34,255 nucleotides of DNA, from the IMG/VR virus record IMGVR_UViG_3300027863_000011, positions 1 through 34,255 of that record, one strand, 5' to 3'. The translations under genes and the position numbers were made by a program. Below the pieces are notes generated by a model, which saw only the letters and a program-made list of their open reading frames with translations, made no database searches and was not told the origin of the DNA. This stretch comes from a virus. Positions 31,123 through 34,255 of this stretch are shown here, one piece after another; position 1 is the stretch's first letter; each line of letters starts with the position of its first letter.

Positions 31123-31671
31123 TTAAGAGACGGCGACTATATCCTGCCTACCGAATGCGGGCTCCGACAGGTTATTGTTCTTCTCGTCTTTGGTCGCCTT
31201 GAGCATGTTGGCCTTTATGTTGACCTCCACGCTCTCCCCATGGGCCATGCCCGCGGGCTGTATGGTGCCCACACAGCGGAAGATGTACACGTCCCTGTAG
31301 TAGGCCGCCCCGCTGTCGGGGTCCTTTGCTCGCTGGCGGAGCCGGAGCATGAACTCCACGGGCTGCAACTCGGTGTCGGTGCCAAAGAGGATTTTGGATA
31401 TTTCGGGAGGCCCTGAATCGGTGACCACCTGGTTTCCGGTAATGGTCTCATAGACTTCCAGGTCGATAAGGCCCCCGGTAATCTCGATGGTCCCCTTCTG
31501 GCTGTGGTTCCAGTAGGCGAGAATGTCGTCGTCCCCCTTGACCTCCACGGTCTCCATCTCGTAGGAGATGTTGGCCTTAGTCACGCCCCGAATCTGGCTG
31601 AAGGTTGGGGTGGTGCCGGGGGTCACGAAGTCCGCCCGCTCGAACCCGAATGCGGTCGCTATGGTCGGCAT
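31123..31671 (-). CDS. Major tail protein
   Basis: 182 aa, immediately upstream of the G/GT pair. Very strong SD (AAAGGAGGTAGTGCT ATG). Confidence 0.7.
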   Translation of the reverse strand: MPTIATAFGFERADFVTPGTTPTFSQIRGVTKANISYEMETVEVKGDDDILAYWNHSQKGTIEITGGLIDLEVYETITGNQVVTDSGPPEISKILFGTDTELQPVEFMLRLRQRAKDPDSGAAYYRDVYIFRCVGTIQPAGMAHGESVEVNIKANMLKATKDEKNNNLSEPAFGRQDIVAVS

Positions 31672-31692
31672 AGCACTACCTCCTTTCTACTG

Positions 31693-32109
31693 TTATTCTT
31701 TTCGCCTGCGATACTCAATGAAGACCCCGGAGATACGCGCCATTCCGGGGGATATGTAAACGGACAGAGACTGTGTATAGTCCACAGCCCCGCCCAAGTC
31801 GTCATTGGCTTCGAGGAGGTCGGCTATCCGGGAGGCTATCTCGGTCGTGTCGCCTATGTTATTAGGCTGCTCCGGGGTTTCCAACAGCTCGCGTGTTATG
31901 ACCCAGACATCCACGCGGTAGGTCACCTCGACAGCATCCTCCGCCGTAATCCCCCTTTCCTCCGCTGGATCTCCAGGAGTAATCATCACCGCCGGGAGAT
32001 GCTGGACAAAGGGCCCCGCGGGGCGGCCTGGTTGGTAGAGGCGGCGTACATTAGGTAGGTCCTCACGAATTAGCAGTTCATACATCGCGTCGAGCACAGC
32101 GGCAATCAT
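31693..32109 (-). CDS. Tail terminator / tail completion protein (by position)
   Basis: 138 aa between the HK97 gp10-like gene and the major tail gene. ATGA coupling. Confidence 0.45.
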   Translation of the reverse strand: MIAAVLDAMYELLIREDLPNVRRLYQPGRPAGPFVQHLPAVMITPGDPAEERGITAEDAVEVTYRVDVWVITRELLETPEQPNNIGDTTEIASRIADLLEANDDLGGAVDYTQSLSVYISPGMARISGVFIEYRRRKE

Positions 32110-32510
32110 AGCTTTTCAACCACCTTTCCCAGCACTTCGTTCACTTTCTTCTCCACCGCCGCCTCTACCCCAGGCTGGATAAAATATCCATCAGGCTTGT
32201 ACGGTTTTCCAGGAATATCCACCCATCGCCGGGCCCGTTTTATCCAAGCCTGGTGCGCCCGGTATCCACGCTCCTGCAAGCGGGCCACGAACCAATCGGA
32301 AGTCACTGCAGGTTCAGCCCCGGTCTCGGCCCGAATAGACTTCTTCGTCCTTCCCGTCGGCCCGACAGGCGCACGCTGTCTTACTTCCTTTGCTGCTTCG
32401 CGGGCGAGCCATTTGAGGACTTCCGGAACCGACTTGTCAAGCCGCCCCGCCATCAATTCGAGTTCCCGCAGGGACAGCGAATCCACCTGTATCTCGACAA
32501 TGGCCGCCAT
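32106..32510 (-). CDS. Head-tail joining protein, HK97 gp10 family
   Basis: MAAIVEIQVD...LAREAAKEVRQRAPVGPTGRTKKSIRAE matches the gp10-family A-P-x-x-TG-x-L/T-x-x-SI pattern. The start at 32510 makes a TAATG overlap with the upstream gene. Confidence 0.7.
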   Translation of the reverse strand: MAAIVEIQVDSLSLRELELMAGRLDKSVPEVLKWLAREAAKEVRQRAPVGPTGRTKKSIRAETGAEPAVTSDWFVARLQERGYRAHQAWIKRARRWVDIPGKPYKPDGYFIQPGVEAAVEKKVNEVLGKVVEKL

Positions 32511-33103
32511 TAAGTCCTCACCACCTGCCGCCGGAAGGAGCGCATGAGCTGGTCTATCTCGTGGTGGCCTGTTGGGTTTTCCTCGTTGACCGGCTGGTAG
32601 GAATAGGAAATTCCTTCCATGGACATCGCACGGATAGAGGGCCCCCAAGGCTCGTCGCGGGGAACCAGCACCCAGCGGCAGAGCAGGAGGGCAAGCCGCT
32701 TGAGGCGAGCCTGGGCACGGCTATCCAGTTCTTTCCAGCACTTGGCGGTCACCCGCACGCGGTCTTTGTCCAGAACGGTGTCTTCCAGTTTTAACCATTC
32801 GCCGTGCGGGGGGATAAATACCCTCCCGTCATACTGCACCCAGTCTTCCCCATCCCAGATTTCTATGGAAACCACACCATCCGGATGGAAGGGGCCGTCC
32901 TGGGCGGGTGCGAGAATGGTGTCGCCCCGCTCTTCGGTATATATATAGATAGACGCGGCAGCGGGCTCCTCAAAGGTGCAATTGCAATAGTGGTCAATGA
33001 TGCCCTTCACCAACTCCAAGGCACCCTCGGCCTCGTTGTCGGGAAGTTCTGCCGCGGAGAGCCCGCAGAACACGCGTACCTCATCAGGGGTCGCATAGGC
33101 CAT
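32510..33103 (-). CDS. Head-tail connector (gp6-like N-terminal domain, longer than usual at 197 aa)
   Basis: MAYATPDEVRVFCGLSAAELPDNEAEGALELVKGIIDHYC is the typical gp6-like connector opening. It follows the capsid gene. Confidence 0.6.
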   Translation of the reverse strand: MAYATPDEVRVFCGLSAAELPDNEAEGALELVKGIIDHYCNCTFEEPAAASIYIYTEERGDTILAPAQDGPFHPDGVVSIEIWDGEDWVQYDGRVFIPPHGEWLKLEDTVLDKDRVRVTAKCWKELDSRAQARLKRLALLLCRWVLVPRDEPWGPSIRAMSMEGISYSYQPVNEENPTGHHEIDQLMRSFRRQVVRT

Positions 33104-33284
33104 CCTTCACTCGCCTCCTCTTCGGCCTGGTGGCGGCCTCGACTGGCTTGCTCCTGGCATTTTCTACCGCCGGAACGGCAAGGCCGGACCGCACCAGCTC
33201 GGCGGCCTTGGGATGGTCTATCACCTGCCCCGCCTGGAAGACACCGTAGGCGGTGGCTACAGACGTCATCAGCTTCACGCGCAT
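33084..33284 (-). CDS. Hypothetical small protein after the capsid gene (66 aa)
   Basis: GGAGG plus 5 nt precedes the ATG at 33284. No motif recognised. Confidence 0.45.
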   Translation of the reverse strand: MRVKLMTSVATAYGVFQAGQVIDHPKAAELVRSGLAVPAVENARSKPVEAATRPKRRRVKDGLCDP

Positions 33285-33306
33285 GAATGCCTCCTGCGAG
33301 GAAACA

Positions 33307-33333
33307 CCAAGGGCCCCGCAAGGGGGCCCTTGG
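33307..33333 (-). terminator. Stable hairpin (11-bp GC-rich stem) plus UGUUU directly after the capsid gene: partial terminator / mRNA stabiliser
   Basis: CCAAGGGCCCC (33307-33317) pairs with GGGGCCCTTGG (33323-33333), with a 5-nt loop. On the minus-strand RNA it is followed by UGUUUCCU. Confidence 0.5.
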
Positions 33334-33351
33334 CATTACCGTTACCGGCGA

Positions 33352-34255
33352 TTAGGAGTCGCTCGCCATCTGCAATACCTGCACGGCCTCGGTGATGAGC
33401 AGGTTCCCGTCAACGCGCTCGTTCACCCGGAACCCGATTTGCCCGCTCCCCGCGTACAGCTCCACCAGCTTCTGGATGGTGATGCCGAGACGGTCCTGCA
33501 CGCGGTAATTGGAGAAATCGCCGAAAGCGATTACCTTGGCGTCGGCCTCCAGGGTATCGGGCATGTAGGGGGAGGTGTACACCGGATAGCCGAGCAGCCT
33601 GGGCGGGTTAGTGATTTGCTGCTCCAGCGTCCACAGGTACTGCCCCACGTCGTTCTTGAGCAGGGAGACCGCCAAGGCTATGTCGGTGTGCATGAGCCAG
33701 ATGGCGCGGGACTTGTAGGCTTGCTTCAGCTTCCAGGGCAGGCTCTTGACCTCGTCGAAGGTTATGGCATTGGTGGCCGCCGCGGTCACTCCGACCTCCG
33801 CGCGCCCCAGGAACCCGGTGGGCTGGCCAGTGCCGGTGCCATTGATGAAGTAGTTCTCCTCGGCGACCCCCAGGCCCTGCCCGGACTTCTTGGCGATGTA
33901 AGCCTCCAGGTCCGTCGCGGCGTCCGCCAGCAGCTCCTCGCTGACCTTGATTATCCCACCTATCTTGTAAGCATCGAGCTGCACCACGCCGAAGGTCAGG
34001 TTAGCCTCGGTATAGGCCCCCTTTTCGGCGATGATACCGAACTGGGGGATGCTCGCCTCGACAGGTATCTTCTCCTTGGTCGAGGAGACCACCACCTCGG
34101 CAAACTGGCGGATGACGTTGAGTTCCGCAGCCATCTCCCGGATTTTGCTCTCCAGGCTCACGGGCACCAGGTAACCCCCGGCGGGGTCGGAACCCTTGTA
34201 CAGGTCACGAGACTCGACCACGTTCCTCCCGGCGCGAAGGAAGGCGTAAAAGGCG
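33352..34255 (-). CDS. Major capsid protein (HK97 fold), C-terminal part; the 5' end wraps to 1..402
   Basis: ...GGYLVPVSLESKIREMAAELNVIRQFAEVV...AEKGAYTEANLTFGVVQLDAYKIGGIIKVSEELLADA...NGTGTGQPTGFL...WLMHTD...LLGYPVYTSPYMP... is a typical HK97-family capsid sequence. The frame is open to the window end. Confidence 0.9.
   Translation of the reverse strand, partial: AFYAFLRAGRNVVESRDLYKGSDPAGGYLVPVSLESKIREMAAELNVIRQFAEVVVSSTKEKIPVEASIPQFGIIAEKGAYTEANLTFGVVQLDAYKIGGIIKVSEELLADAATDLEAYIAKKSGQGLGVAEENYFINGTGTGQPTGFLGRAEVGVTAAATNAITFDEVKSLPWKLKQAYKSRAIWLMHTDIALAVSLLKNDVGQYLWTLEQQITNPPRLLGYPVYTSPYMPDTLEADAKVIAFGDFSNYRVQDRLGITIQKLVELYAGSGQIGFRVNERVDGNLLITEAVQVLQMASDS
34129..34255. repeat. 127-nt exact copy of positions 1..127 (end overlap of a circular assembly)
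   Basis: Base-by-base comparison of both ends. Confidence 0.95.

Overview
The window is one complete, circularly closed genome of a temperate siphovirus-like (HK97-lineage) tailed phage. Positions 1-127 are identical to 34129-34255, so the unit length is 34,128 bp, and the linearisation point falls inside the major capsid gene. GC content is high and Shine-Dalgarno sites are strong (GGAGG). A peptidoglycan amidase and sigma70-like promoters point to a bacterial host.

Almost all genes are on the minus strand, in one long tightly packed and often translationally coupled series. In order: early gene, primase-helicase, iteron origin, putative late regulator, late promoter, RusA, HNH, TerS, TerL, portal-MuF fusion, prohead protease, capsid, connectors, major tail, G/GT chaperones with a visible -1 frameshift site, tape measure, tip proteins, receptor-binding proteins, a possible lysis cassette (only the amidase is well supported), a second beta-helix adhesin block, a metallophosphoesterase, and a dNMP-kinase/deoxyribosyltransferase fusion.

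The plus strand carries the lysogeny module: two paralogous HTH plus zinc-ribbon regulators, an excisionase-like gene and a tyrosine integrase. This is followed by attP, which holds the 3' part of an initiator-like tRNA-Met and 11-bp arm repeats.

The most unusual features:
- A duplicated regulator/xis module brackets a low-GC orphan EcoRI-family adenine methyltransferase, and the first xis copy is degraded.
- The regulators have no S24 peptidase domain, and no Cro-like partner gene is present.
- A 9-mer iteron origin appears to grade into a 9-bp coding tandem repeat at the primase 3' end.
- A dNMP kinase is fused to a nucleoside 2-deoxyribosyltransferase-like domain, next to an atypical metallophosphoesterase at the att-proximal end.
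- There are several domain fusions and internal repeats in structural genes.

All functional calls come from motif recognition by eye, and no database search was possible.
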